Of a DNA stretch of 64,000 nt, positions 35,124 through 53,742 are shown one piece after another. Within the stretch, counting starts at the first letter, position 1. Each line of letters opens with the position of its first letter. Source of the DNA: Gonapodya sp. JEL0774 (lineage: Eukaryota). A program made the position numbers and the translations under genes. The stretch is taken from NCBI GenBank assembly GCA_027604505.1, contig JADIIX010000081.1, positions 1 to 64,000 on the forward strand. The letters are read 5' to 3'. The notes under the pieces are model-generated. The model made no database searches. It was not told the DNA's origin and was given only the letters and a program-made list of their open reading frames with translations.

Positions 35124-36509
35124 ATGGACATTCTGCCCGACGAGCTACTCTGCCGAATCTTGCGATGTCTTCCTCCCATAGCTTTCAATTCATTGGTCTC
35201 CAGAGTCTGCCGGCGATTCCGAAACGCTTCGTTCACCGCTCTTCCGGGGAATCAAGGCCGAATTGGCGTGCTTTGCTCCATCCGGGCTTTGCCTTCATCG
35301 GGTATCCCCCTGAGGAAATCCAACAGTTCGTTGCGTTGGGGCAAAATCAGACATCTACCAGGCTTTCACGCTTCTGCGAATGAGTTCGAGTCGTTCTGGG
35401 CGTCCAGTTGCATTGATGTGATGGTTGATATTGATTGTCTTGCGACTGAAGTGGAAAGATATGACTCGGCACTCGATTTTCTCACCTCTGGCATCGTCGA
35501 TCATACTCCAGCTCTCCAGCGTCTCGGAGTAGTCGTGGCGATGGAATCCGTCAGGTTCCATTTCGACCCGGACATCCCTCACGATGGTCGGACGTTGGAG
35601 GCGATTTCCGCGTTATGTCACGATTGCAGAGTGAAATGCGTCAGTGCGAGCCCACAAAACCTTTCCCACCTTGCGGATGCCCACGGCACCGCATTCGATT
35701 CTGTCATCGAACTTCTGTCCAATCCTGAGGTTGACCAACAAGCTCAGCACATCAGCTTGGGGCAAACATGTGCCATGATCACCGAAATATTTCCGAACCT
35801 GCGGCGCTGGCACTTGGGTGGATTGGAATTGAGCCCAGTCAACATGGCGCAGATCGAGAAAGCATTTCCACCGAAATTTCGTCAGCAATTCTCTTCCATC
35901 ATTTCTGCATCTCTCATCGCTTACAAGTTTGAAAGTAGGCCTCAGTACAGCTTTCCTGCCGGCCTTCTTAGCGTTCCCAGCGTATTCCCGAGTGTGCGAG
36001 AATTCGGGTACCTCGACCTTCAAGAGAGTATGTGGGACTCCAGCCGTTTATCGGAATCTTGTGTGGACCTCACTGCACTGAGGCATATTGAGGCTCTAAG
36101 GCTGGATATGTGCTTATCGGACAGCATTCTCTATCGAGAAAAGGACATTCAGGCAGCACTGGTGGCGAAGTTCGCTTGCTACATGCCTCTACTCAACCGA
36201 ATTACACTCTTTCTTGCATCTCGCATGCCAAGCGATGATTACGCGGAGTCAGACGGTGTCAGTGACCCTGAATCAATCGGGAGAGCCAACTCCCCAAACC
36301 TTGAGCCATCATTCCCCACTCCGGAACCGCAAATCGGTCGCTTATTCCGCTTCTTTTTCCAAACTTTTAACTCTGGCACTCTGGAGATAGAAGATGGATA
36401 TCTTGATCGCGAAGATGGTGTATACTTGGACGCTGTGAAACAATGCGCGACGGAATGTGGCTGGAAAGTGATCCATGTTGATAGAAGTATATACACTCAC
36501 TTGTTTTGA
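35124..36509 (+). CDS. Intronless F-box protein (F-box + degenerate LRR-like region)
   Basis: MDILPDELLCRILRCLPPIAFNSLVSRVCRRFRNA; FPNLRRWHL and MPLLNRITL repeats. Confidence 0.85.
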   Translation: MDILPDELLCRILRCLPPIAFNSLVSRVCRRFRNASFTALPGNQGRIGVLCSIRALPSSGIPLRKSNSSLRWGKIRHLPGFHASANEFESFWASSCIDVMVDIDCLATEVERYDSALDFLTSGIVDHTPALQRLGVVVAMESVRFHFDPDIPHDGRTLEAISALCHDCRVKCVSASPQNLSHLADAHGTAFDSVIELLSNPEVDQQAQHISLGQTCAMITEIFPNLRRWHLGGLELSPVNMAQIEKAFPPKFRQQFSSIISASLIAYKFESRPQYSFPAGLLSVPSVFPSVREFGYLDLQESMWDSSRLSESCVDLTALRHIEALRLDMCLSDSILYREKDIQAALVAKFACYMPLLNRITLFLASRMPSDDYAESDGVSDPESIGRANSPNLEPSFPTPEPQIGRLFRFFFQTFNSGTLEIEDGYLDREDGVYLDAVKQCATECGWKVIHVDRSIYTHLF

Positions 36510-37202
36510 TTCGAAACTTTACTTTGGACGAATAGTTTATTGAATTCCTATATTTTCATCGGTGAAAACGTTTATGATGTCATTAACAAAGTGCTCTTTG
36601 TATAAGACAAATTTGCTCAGGTTGACAAACAGCCACTTACGGCCTTTTTGAATCCATATCATGACCTGCAATCAAGTTCCATCATTTCGGGGCTCCAAAC
36701 GAGGGTGCCGGGTCCACCTGCGAAGACAGTCACCACTGGACGGCCGTCGAGCAAAGAACCCAGCGCCTGGAACGCAGCAACCCACACGAACGAGAGAACG
36801 CGAAGGCGATCCGCTTTCGGTGATCGAAAGGTGAGATGTCACCATCAAGTTGGAGAACTCGGTTCCATGGATTTGATAACGACAGCGGTCAGAACTGGGC
36901 CAATCGCTAGTAAAAGACGACGATTTCGGAAGCAGGGAAAAGGTGAACGTTGGAACTGGAGAGTCATGGGAAGATGATGGTCACCACCTGAAGCGCGCGT
37001 GTGTGGGTGCGGGTAGGGATACAACCACGACTTCTCCCAACCAGCTCAGGGCGTTTTGACGAATCTGGGGACATGCTGGGGCAAATTTTTACCTTTGATG
37101 TCGGAGTTTGTGGCATTTTGTATGGATTTACGAATCCTGATAACCTGAGTATCTTCGATTCATTGATCACTCAACCTCACTGAACAACCACTAGCGGACG
37201 AA

Positions 37203-42940
<5,738 letters not shown>

Positions 42941-43239
42941 TCGGAAGGCAGAAGCACGCGGAAATGAAGGAATACTCGCTGTCAGAAAAATCAACCTCAT
43001 ACATCCCTCTAGTACCATGAACAAAGCCACAATACCTTGTATGTACGGACTTTACAACGATGTATCCATGTCAGAAAACACAACGGGCCACACATCAAAA
43101 GCGCTCGAGTATCATGTGTATCAGTGTCCGTGCAAGAAAATCTTTTGTCAATAATTGTTTTGTCCTCTCTTGCCGCATTGATTATCACGTGTTTGCACTG
43201 GCCATTTTGTCCACAATTTGGCTGCCCGAATCACCAGCT

Positions 43240-44345
43240 ATGAAGATTTCTCCAGAAGACTATCATCGGCACAGCAACTGTCTGTACAGTGAATGGGAAG
43301 CGGAGCGCGACCCTTCTTATGCGACAAAACTCGTTAGACTGAAGGTGTGCACTCGAAGTTTCACGTCGGAGCATTCACGTCGGAGCAGACGTTTCAATTG
43401 TGCACTGTCATCACAAACGGTGCGTTTCTGACCTTTCTACCGGTTCAGGTGGGGTTCCGTCGGACACACTTCAGAAAGCTGATCCATTCCACCCCATTCA
43501 GCTTTTGCCAGCCAAAACGACTACAAGGTTGATATCAACTTTTCCGTTGCTCCTGATCGCACACCAATTCTCCGGATCAAGCCAATGATCAAACCTGAGA
43601 CTATTAATCCACTGCTGGACAAAGTTGGCAGCTTTTTGGAGTTGAATGGACCCATTGCTCTTGCTGTCGAGACTGGCGCTTGGCCTTTCCCTCCGAAAAT
43701 CAAAAATCCGGTATCCTACGGTAGACGTGACTGCTACGAGCGCTCTTTTCGGATTGCTCCAGGCGCTTCATCATTCAAATTTAGCCCAAACGACAACGAG
43801 TACTTTCGATTTTGGTTCCGAAATAATCTTATCCGCGAGGGAGGAGGATGGGGCACCAAGTGGCGAACCACTGGCGTGGAAACTTTTGGATGGGTAGTGC
43901 CGAGCGAGGAAGCCCTAACTGCTCTTATTGACGAATCAAAGGGCCGTGTTGTAGAGCTGGGGTCTGGAAAGGGCTAAAGGGCATGTTGCTGGACGAGCGG
44001 GGTGCAGATATTGTTGCTGTTGACGCACTCCAGGAGTGGCAAGGGAGTCCCCAAAAATTGTAGATCAGGTCTCCAATTCTTGTGGACGGCAGTCACTATC
44101 TACAATCACATGGTGGCTGCAAAGATCGCATGCTCTTCATTTGCTGGGGACGTGACGTTGCGACAGCCTGGCTCGAGGGTTACAAGGGTGATACTGTGGC
44201 GGTAGTTGGAGAAATTGATGGATGGACATGGTGGTTGGATGAGGAGAAATATCCGGGTTGGAAACAGTACTGTCAAATGTGGATTCCAAAACGGTGGGGC
44301 TATCACGACGTCCTCCGGTTCTACAAGCGAGCTGAGGTGGTGTGA
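43240..44345 (+). pseudogene. SAM-dependent methyltransferase-like gene, disrupted
   Basis: FGWVVPSEEAL...VVELGSGKG then TAA (43975-77) and a frameshift into LLDERGADIVAVD. A second in-frame TAG at 44061-63 precedes RMLFICWG...YKGDTVAVVGE. No splice sites that I could see remove these lesions. Confidence 0.7.
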
Positions 44346-44744
44346 CATGGTGTCACTAGTGTGCTCCAGATCTCGCAGACGCATGCAGAATGATATATCA
44401 GGGTGAGGGTGTTGAAAAAGGCAAGGTGCAAAGATCCACGAAATATTCTAAAAAGCTTTACACTAAACAAACAACAATCAAACTCAATGTAATACTATTT
44501 TACTTTATCAAAAAATAAGTCGAATAAATTTCGTGAACACATACATTCTCGAGAAGGTATCACAACTCCGTCACCTTTTGGAACTCCCCTCAGAGTAATG
44601 AATTGCGATTGCGAGAGAATGTACAAATTATCATGAGAGATTTCTCAAGGAACCCTGATGATTTTCTTTCAAACGCACCACTGGGCGTGTACTGTGGAGT
44701 TCGGAGAGTATTACATTCAGTCGGAGGGAGGTCCGGGAACAGGC

Positions 44745-45903
44745 ATGCCGATCCCCACCGCCGCCCTCTCTCATCTTCCAGACAATCTTCGCTCTCTCAT
44801 TCATAGGCTGATCGCCTATAAGACTCCGTATGACTTGTATGGTGAGAGGTTGATGTTGCTTCCGGACATCGATGTTGCGAAGACGCCGATCGCGACATCG
44901 TTCACAAGACACGAATCTCCGCGCCGGAGTCTTGATTCCCCTTTTAGAAGCCAGAGATGGGTCAGAGTGGGTTGCCTCGCCGGTGAAGAGTCAACCGCAA
45001 CCAGTTACCGATATAGTTGCACTTGCAAAGCCTCCATATCTTATTCACAATTCGAGCGAACCACCTTCGCACGGGGAGCGGTGATGTGGTGTTCCCCGGA
45101 GGTTCGTGACTTTCTGTATGTGTATTCCGTGTTCGTCGATGACTCTTCCTTACGCTATGTGATTGCGTTGGGATCCTTGAAGGCAAAATGGATGCGACTG
45201 ATCGCGATATCATTCACACTGCTCTGCGAGAGACACACGAGGAAGTAAATCTGGCACCATCTGGTGTCGTTGTACTCAACACCCTTCCCTTGTACCTCGC
45301 GCGAAATCTCCTCGTGACGCCAGTTGTTGGCTACGTGCAAGACGTGGAATGGAAAAAAAAAGTCTGGAATGGAGAAAGGATATGGAATGATGATGAGGTG
45401 CGAGAAGTTTTTACAATGCCTCTGGCCAAGTTTTTAGAGGTGGGTTCGTTCCCAGTGTTAATGTATGTACACGATCCACTGATGCCCAACTGCTTTCGCG
45501 CTTTGTGCACTTCTCATTGAAACAATTGTAGAATGGGCCGGGCCACCTCTCGTTTGATTTTGTTTGGACGAACTCGGAGCTTGGAGGCGATATACAAACG
45601 CGATTCCACCGATTTCGCCACCCGAATGACCCCTCCACTCAACCTCTTCTACCTCCGCGCCGATTGCCAACCGGTGTGTTCCCGCAATATCCAACAGTCA
45701 TGGGATTCACCGCTCATGCTGCGATCACTTGTGCAGAGATAGCACACGGGCGTAACGCCTCGTTTGAAAAGGACTTGGCGGGAGGAATGGATGAAGAGGA
45801 CAGAATTCGCAAGATGGGACTTGTGACGGGTCGGTGGAAAGAGAGATGCCCTTCGGCGGGACTGTCATTGGAGGGAATCACCTCTTCAAGTACAAAACTA
45901 TGA
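44745..45903 (+). CDS. PCD1: Nudix hydrolase, CoA-pyrophosphatase (PCD1/NUDT7/8) family
   Basis: RRAGVLIPL; FTIRANHLRTGSGDVVFPG|GKMDATDRDIIHTALRETHEEVNL (Nudix box); VTPVVG; EVREVFTMPLAKFL; VMGFTA. Confidence 0.85.
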
Positions 45904-46128
45904 CACCACACTTAGATGCTGAACAGAAAACCTACTTCCGATATGTATTCATCATGTACGTACATACATACGGACACACATGTGTACTGTATGTACAAGA
46001 AACCTTGTGGTTAGTTTTGGCACCCTGAATGAACCCTCCACACGGCCCCACTGCGGCCGCGCACAGAGGGTGCCTTGCGAGTGAGGATCCTCTTGGTGGC
46101 GCCCAGACGTGTCTTGTTCTTGCCAACG

Positions 46129-47500
46129 ATGGTTTCTGTCACAACTCAAAGCCAATCGCTAATCGCCTTTGGCGTCATTTGTGTGGCGATCCTCACCATT
46201 CTCGGGGCTGCCTACTTGGGAGGAGCGGGCGGGCGAAGTTTTCGTGGTTGGGAAGAAGAACGACCACCCTTCCCACCTGGCACCCCTCTAGACTCTGTAG
46301 GCCCGGAAAACGGGCGATGGGAGGATAAGGCTTTGTCAATGGTTCTTGCTGCCCCTCATCTTCAGTTTCTGTTCAATATGAATGATCATGAACGGAGAGT
46401 TTTCTCGCAATATTCGGAGGATGGCATCCTCGAGTACATTTTCGACAACATAGGGACGACAGACAAATGTGAGAGTCCGGTTTGTCCGCCACCTCTCTCG
46501 GTGCCTGAAGGGTAAACCGTGTTTAGACTATGTGGAATTTGGAACCGAGGCTTGCACAGAATGTAACACAGTAAGTTTTGGCAATTTTCACCCCTGTTTC
46601 CATTTTTGTATCATGGCACATCTTTCGTACGCCTCTCCAGCGATACCTTTGGGATGAGTACGGCTGGGATGGCTTGGTAGGCGATGATTTGTTCAGCGAA
46701 CTGCCAAAATCCGAAAAATTGATCACAAATCCAGCTTATGGACGGCGATGGTGTCGCTCCAGATTCGCGCGTGATCAAGAATCACATGATTACGGTCCAG
46801 AATGTGGTCTCGTTGTTCGAAAAGTACAACGTACCCCACAAATTCGACTTGCTGTCAGTCGATATTGACTCTGTGGACTACTATGTCACAAAAAAAATCC
46901 TGGACGCTGGTGAGGCAAATGTTCTCGGCGATGGAACGTAGTAGAGTGGGTGATCTTGCCAGCTCTGACGGATCATTCCGCTTCCAAGGTTATCGTCCCC
47001 GCGTCATTGTGAACGAGATCAATCCGTACTTTGGACCCGAAGATGCTATGACGGTTCCAGAGGATCACACGGTCTGGGGACACGACCATGTTTTCGGTAA
47101 GTGAAGGAACTTCCGCTATCTGCAATATCCCGACTTTCATCTCCCTCGCACGTACATTCAGGCCAATCGGTGCGACTTGTTTATAAGTTGATGGAGAGGT
47201 ACGGATACAGAACTTTCCACATGAAGTAAGTTGAGATATTTCCACTCCGTCCCTCACTGCAAAAACGAGACTCTCAATTGTATTCTTCCGAAAAGGGGAG
47301 TGAATGCGTTCTCCATTCGCCTCGATGTTTTGGCGAAATTTGTGGAAGAGCGAGCAGGTGTCACTCTGGACGAGCGAGATATTGCCCGATTGCTGCCCCC
47401 TTTCCACTACTTGTACAGACGACAACATCCCTTGAACCCCAATATTCCTAACAAAGCCTTTGAGAAGGATAAGGGCAAATTTGTGACTCCAGATATATAA
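46129..47500 (+). CDS. Membrane-anchored FkbM-like methyltransferase
   Basis: N-terminal TM; FSQYSEDGILEYIFDNIG; YVEFG..CTECNT; FDLLSVDIDSVDY; YRPRVIVNEIN; GVNAF. Confidence 0.78.
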
Positions 47501-47727
47501 ATATTACGTAGACCTGCAGCCAGATCACGTTCTTGCAAATACAGAGGTGCCCGAGAGTCTACATAATACCTTCGATGCACAGTCTCAATGTGAAAGCGAC
47601 ATGTGATTCTGCAATCGGTTGGCAACCTGCGTCGCTGTTGCTAAATTGGTGTAACCACCCTCCACCTCAACAAGCGCATCTACTTTCACCTGCTATGATA
47701 TACAATATCCCCACCTCATAGCCACAA

Positions 47728-47955
47728 TCAAGCCTTACTCTCTGGCGCCTTCTTGTTGACCCTCTCCATGAACTTATTCGAATCCACAATAGCCCTTGTG
47801 TGGGTCCCCCTCCCGACAATCTCCGTCTCGTCCCGAATCTCCACCTCGAAGTTGAGCGTACGTTTTTCGTGGGACACAAGCGTAGCAGTGGCAGTGACAC
47901 GTTGACCCAAAGGTGTCGCGGCGATATGAGTGAAGTTCACGAGTGTTCCTATGGT
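47728..47955 (-). CDS. FlK-like (fluoroacetyl-CoA-type) hot-dog thioesterase, C-terminal half; 5' end lost in gap
   Basis: TIGTLVNFTHIAATPLGQRVTATATLVSHEKRTLNFEVEIRDETEIVGRGTHTRAIVDSNKF matches the FlK pattern (H-x-A-A-T-P-x-G; G-x-H-x-R). Confidence 0.8.
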   Translation of the reverse strand, partial: TIGTLVNFTHIAATPLGQRVTATATLVSHEKRTLNFEVEIRDETEIVGRGTHTRAIVDSNKFMERVNKKAPESKA

Positions 47956-48051
47956 GGGGGGAAGGGGGGGGGGGGGGNNNNNNNNNNCCGCCCGCGCCCC
48001 GCCCCCGCGGCGCCCCCGCCCCCGCGCCGCCGCCCCCCCCCCCCCCCCCCG
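47956..48051. other. Assembly gap (N 47978-47987) with poly-G/poly-C artefact flanks
   Basis: 10 Ns; G-run to the left, C-rich low-complexity sequence to the right. Confidence 0.9.
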
Positions 48052-48910
48052 GAAGATAACTTCATATACAGCAATCATCGACTCGCCCAAAAGATCCCTA
48101 GATTGGTGTCTATGGTGAACGAGTGTCACGCTCCGTCTTCATTCGCAAATGTAATTTGATTCCGAGACGACACCAGAGCTGATTCCCAAGAATGCGGGCG
48201 GGCGGCCTCCGGCAGTTCGAGAGACTGTAAAGACCGGGGGATGCTGGGCGCCCGTTCTGACACGACTTGCCGACATCACCAAGCCTACTCACCCACAGTT
48301 GTCCAAGGGTTTGTGAGATGTGCCTGCGCAGCGTCGAACGCAGCTTTCTATAAAGAGAGGCTCTCTTAGCATCTTAACAGAATAGCCCCTGCCGAAAACG
48401 TAACATGGGTAGGCAGCAGGAGCTTGCGCGTACCTCAGAGAGCGCTACCAAAGATGGGGTCGCAAAGACTGGGAGAGCTCCGGATGCCACTCGAGCTGCT
48501 GTCACTTCACTAAAGCATCACCATTTGGAAAGCAAGCACGGGAATCAAGCGATTCCACAAGCAAGATTGGTGACGGAGTGGTCGTAGCAGAACATCAGAT
48601 TGAGTAAAATCATTCAAGGGCGGGAATGAGAGTATCGGACAGCAGAGTTGGACACAGGGCAGAGAATGAACGAATTTCAGCACCCACGGAACAACGATGA
48701 GGGATGCAACGCCCTTGAGGCCGGTGGGAAAAGTAAAACTCATGTAGACCAGCTGTGTCGGAAGTAATTTGACGCGTGTATATTGTTGTTATTGTTGTTA
48801 AGGCTGGATATGTCAGGCTCCCAACTCCCGATTATTCGGTACAATAGACAACCAATTACTCAGTCAAAAAGGATTCACTTCCACTCGAACCCGCTCCTAC
48901 TGAATCTCAC

Positions 48911-49908
48911 ATGTCCGCAAAGCCAATCGCTGCGCCGCTCGCCCCATCAGATTCGTCTCTGACAATCTATGCGGTTGTCCCGGCCGCAGCTCCTACAGAA
49001 ACGGACAGGCTGCTGCCATCAGACGATGCAACCCCAGGAGAAACCTGCGTCGCGTGCTGTGGAGGGCTGTGTTTCGGCGCTGAGCTGTGTGCTCTCGTAG
49101 TTATAGCGGTGTTGCAAGCTGTTCTCACGGTAGGTCCCATGTGGCATAGAGTTTGAGCATTCTGAAGTCATTGACATCTCTGACAACCCTCTGTAGCTGG
49201 GTGTCATTGTTTCTACAATTGCAGTGCCCATTCTCACCGATGGGGAGAGTGAGTTGCTGCCAAGATATCGAATGGATACGCAAAGAAATTCATCTCCATT
49301 GATTGTAGCGTGCGACCAACCATTGCGCACATTCGTCCTCGGCTACGGCATTGTTTTTACCATTCTCAGTATGAGTGTCAGCGGGTAGGTATTCTGATAT
49401 TGTTGGTGCGTTTCCCTCCAATTGACCCTTTCTCGCCCCTATCGACCATATTGTCCGCTTGTGCAGCAACTACAAACGCAACGTCGATCATGATACGTTC
49501 CATGGTCATTCTGGGTGAGCCTTTTCCCGAATATCGATGAAAACTATTCTCCTCACTTACAAAATTCCGACACCAGAGCTAGCTTCGGCAACTTTTTCGC
49601 CGGTCCTCTGTCTTTCGTGCTCTTCGTGTTCTTCGTGTTAGGGAATGTGTGGCTTTACAAGTCCCACAGCTGCGTAGACACGTCGCCAATCTTGTACTGG
49701 ACTGCGTACGGTTACGTCGCATTCGGATGGGCCAAGCTTGTTGCTGTACCCTGCATTGTTATCAGTGGGTTTGATGATGGAAATTATGCGTTATTGCATG
49801 GCCCAACTCACGCATGTCCCATTTTCGCGTCTACTAGGCCTCATGTGCTCGATGGGACTTCTCAGCACAGTTCTCGTTCGTAGTCCTGCATCAGAGCCTA
49901 TTGCGTGA
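48911..49908 (+). CDS. Four-TM membrane protein, TMEM272-like / resembles the TM module of plant RING E3 ligases
   Basis: CDQPLRTFVLGYG; FVFFVLGNVWLYKSHSCVDTSPILYWTAYGY; several GT-AG introns; stop TGA 49906-08; no RING domain seen. Confidence 0.6.
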
Positions 49909-50370
49909 GCTCATGCTCAGAGTTCGCCGGTTTTGAAAGCGTTTAGGGAATTTTTATAGCGTTTAAACAGTATTAGGCAATGGCATAACATGTGTTGAGG
50001 TGAATTGCGGTCCTATGGAACAAGCAAAAAAAAAAAAAATGGAAACATGTACGTCATTAATCGTTGGAGTCTCATGAATCAGAAGGGATGCAGGAACAGC
50101 AGGCCCAGTGTGCTGTGTTCTTCCAAGTCCCAAATTCTGTTCAAGAACACAGAGATAGTACAATAAATGTATATGAAGCGGAGTACAATACACGATATGG
50201 ATAGTTCTATGAGTTTACATAAAGTTGAGTGCAAGCAATATTGTCAATCACAGTCATAAATACATATTTTTGACCCCGATTCCTCCCATATTACGAATCA
50301 CTTGAAATACAGAGGTGGACCTGCGATAGAACAAGACCGACAGTACAGCGCTCCAGTGGGAATTCTCTCA

Positions 50371-53349
50371 TCAATTGCGATGAGGCTGAGAGGATGTGCG
50401 AGGAGGTGGCGCAGAAGTACCTTCAGAATGCAACGAATCATTGTCATCGATAACGTCAGTGAGACATGATAGTGGAAAGACACCAGATTGCACTGGTGGG
50501 GTCTTGTTGGTACCCTAAAGTATACGAACACAGTCTCAGGGCATTGGCGACAAGCTTGAGCAGAAACACAACAAACAACTCACAGCTGCCCAGCCATCTG
50601 GATACTGAAAAAGACAAAACACTTGATCTCCTATAGAAAGTCTGATTTCATCGCTTTCCCGGGGCTCGTACGCATTTCTCACTTTGAACACCTTCCGAAC
50701 AGGTAGCGGTGCAGACGCCAAAAGGATCGATGATCTGGGCGATGCACGCACCGCCAGCTGCTGCTTCAAAAACTCAACGGCTTTCGCCATGTCGTTCACC
50801 TCTTTGCGCGCGGTTTTGCTTTCATCCCGCTCGCACGCCAACTTGGATTCTAAATGTTCGACATGCCTCCGTTCGCTCGCCTGAGAGGCTTGCACCTCCT
50901 GCTCCAATTTCTGCTTTTCCAAACTCGCTATTCTTCCCTGTAGGTTGAGCACGGTCTGCTGGAGACTCTCCAGCTTTCGGTCTCTGTCTTCTAAAGCACC
51001 GCGCTGTTCATCAATTATGCGAACATGACTCTCAGCAACTTGTGTGGAGAGAAAAATAGCAGTAGAAAGCTCGTTCAGATCCGAAGTTGAATCATTACGA
51101 TGGCTCATCCCATGCGCAGCTTCCAACCGTAGAGCGACACCAGTGTCAAATTTTTCAGCCAGACCTTCCATTCGGCGTGATAGCTCTGTGGCGATTTTTC
51201 CGTGCGCCTCTAAGGACTCTAACACCCGTGCAACGGTCTCGCCTTGCTTGTTTAACTGCTCGGACACAGTCTCCAAATGATTATGTGTCTCTACTCTTTG
51301 ACGTGGATCGCCACCGAGATTCATTTCGGCGATCAAAGCCACAACTTTCGAGGAGAAATCTGAAAGGAAGTCCGCCGATGGATGTACCGGACCTACGACA
51401 CCGTCCACCCTTTTCGCAGCAGCTTGTGCCCGAATATGTGACTCGATCAAAGCGTCGATTTTGGTGTGCACTTCCTGAAATTCCTTTCTAGTAGCTTCCG
51501 TCGTTTCCGCATTTCGCGCTTGAACGGCTCTGAGATGCCCTTCAACCGCCCTGAACATGCCCGCGACATTCGGCTCCACCTCAGTCTTAGCCGACGCCAT
51601 ATCGTCCACTTTCCGGGCGGCATGTTCCGCAGCATTATAAACAGCATCAAGACGCGAGTGAAGGGCCTCGGCAAGGTGCTGCTGGTGTGACTCGAGGGAA
51701 TCCAGGCGGGAGGAGGTATTGTGAAGATGCGCTGCGATAGATGAAATGGAGACAGGCGGTTCGTCGTAGTCGCTATCAACGAGCATGCCATCGGATGGAC
51801 CATGAGAGGGCGGGATGGTGACGCGTGACTCAAGAAGTCGGCGGATTTCGTCCAACTTCTCAGCAAGCCCCGCTGCAGATTTGTCCGATTGAGTTGGTGG
51901 AATTAGTATGGGGTGTTTTGCTTCACCCAAAGGAGAAGGACCACCGCTAGACACAGCAAAGGGCGAGCTCAGGTTGAAATCAGAGGGCTGATGAGAGCCG
52001 TTGTCGCCTGGTTGGTTCGAAAACATTTGAGACGCAGAAGAATAATCAGGATGACCATAGCCAGCAAAGTCAACATTATTGTTCTCGTAAGCACTCGAGG
52101 AATGTTGTGAGGAAAGATCAGCTCCGTCGAAATGATGGACCCCGTTTGCGAGTTGGGCAGACCCACTGTTCGCTGCCGCCGCCACGAGCTTGGCCATCGT
52201 CCCATCGTCAGGCAAGTCCACGAGTCCCAAGTTCCCCCGCTGTCTCGCATACTCCACGATTACCGCCAGAGGTTCGGGTTTGGGCTCGAATTTGGCGCCC
52301 CATCGATCCTGGCCAGCCGCAACCGCGCGGGCGAGCTCGACTGTTTTCACGGTGACGTGAGCTCCGTGTTGAAGGAGCAAAGATATGATCTCGGCAGATG
52401 GCGTGAGAGTGAAACGCTCGCGGACTTGGTCTCTGTGTGACGGGTTGGAAAGAACCACGTTGGGACCGGGGAGCTGTGAGCGTTTACATCGATCGACATC
52501 AACAGATGAGCAGATATGAGACCATGAGCATTGCAAGATATTTACTCACACTAAAGTCCCACACTCCAGCAACTAAGGCAAAGTCGAGATGAGACTCATA
52601 TCTTCGAGACTCGTGGTCAAACCAGCGTTCGTTCTCCCAGTCCGCTAGTGTCCAAACGGAACTTGACAAGAAAGGCATGTGAGATGCTTCAGGTGACAAC
52701 ATAATGCAGGGACACCTGGAACAAGCACACTCACTGGTGGTATGCTGTAAGCCAGTGGACACCCAAGTTGGGATCGGCTCCTGCCGAAAGCAAAGCCTGA
52801 ACCAAGTCCACTTTACCAGACCGGATGGCCAAACAGAGAGGCGTTTCCATGAGCTGTGAGTCAGTCCGGACACCAAGGTAGTCCAGAGTGATATTGAGTG
52901 TGACACGCTTTCTGTGAAGGTTAAGTTGCCCACATGTCAATCACCAATCCCCACTTCGTCAATCATCCCCACGTCCACCAATAACAACACCAGTGAATCT
53001 TCAATGGTGAAAATCTTCCGAAGTTGAGACTTTGTGTCTCAAGAAGACAAGGGGAGCAGTGGTTCCGCGGGTTCGTCTTCACCATTCTTCACCTCAAGGA
53101 GTTTTATATCCTCCAAGAGCCACACAAACCAAACGACATATCCTTCACCCAAAACGAGCTATTACGCCCGAGAAGATGGAGGCGCGAATCCGAACATTGG
53201 CTCCTTAGCCGTTCAGAATCTACTCACCGAGCACCGTTGACATCTGCACCATCCCGTATCGCCTGCTGGACAACATTGATGTAGCCTCTTTCCACAGAAT
53301 CAATGAGACGCCCGTTTGCGCCTTCCGAAGGGCCTAGCGATTGGGTCAT
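50371..53349 (-). CDS. Ankyrin repeat - long coiled coil - C-terminal SH3 protein
   Basis: MTQSL...LIDSVERGYINVVQQAIRDGADVNGAR; ETPLCLAIRSGKVDLVQALLSAGADPN; IISLLLQHGA; heptad-rich middle; SH3 NAYEPRESDEIRLSIGDQV...DGWAA|GTN...SGVFPLSCL; stop at 50371-73. Confidence 0.85.
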
Positions 53350-53742
53350 GATTTTTATTGCTGCTTTACCACGCCTGGGGAGTGAGTGGCCCTCCTCACA
53401 TCGCCGCACCCGGCTCAGTGAGGAACCATTCCCCACTCTTCAAACAACCACCAGACTTACCACAATCTGCTTGCTGCAAATTTGCTGAGCTGTAATGGCC
53501 CAACCAATTAAGCAGGACACCTTCATCGCAAGGTTTCCTGAGATATTTTAGAGAGAGACTTATGAATTTGACTCAAACTCAAGATGCAGAAGCAATGTGT
53601 ATCGTGTAATGTTTACCTCGTTTGCTTCACCAGCTGTAGGCCACAGCAGGACAGAGGTTAGACAGATCCCCCAGTCCACTCGCCAACGCATTTAAAACCA
53701 ATCGCTTCCATACGAATCTGGATTCACAATCACGCATTCAAT

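Noticed and set aside
48052..48300. Kinase-like fragment (DLLGESMIAVYEVIF) or the missing FlK 5' end
   Set aside because: Too short and degenerate, and no FlK N-terminal motif was seen.
53488..53700. SRP RNA (GCTGTAATGGC resembles the fungal Alu start)
   Set aside because: No helix-8 GNRA/AGCAG geometry, no long rod pairing and no oligo-T terminator. The region is a divergent promoter.
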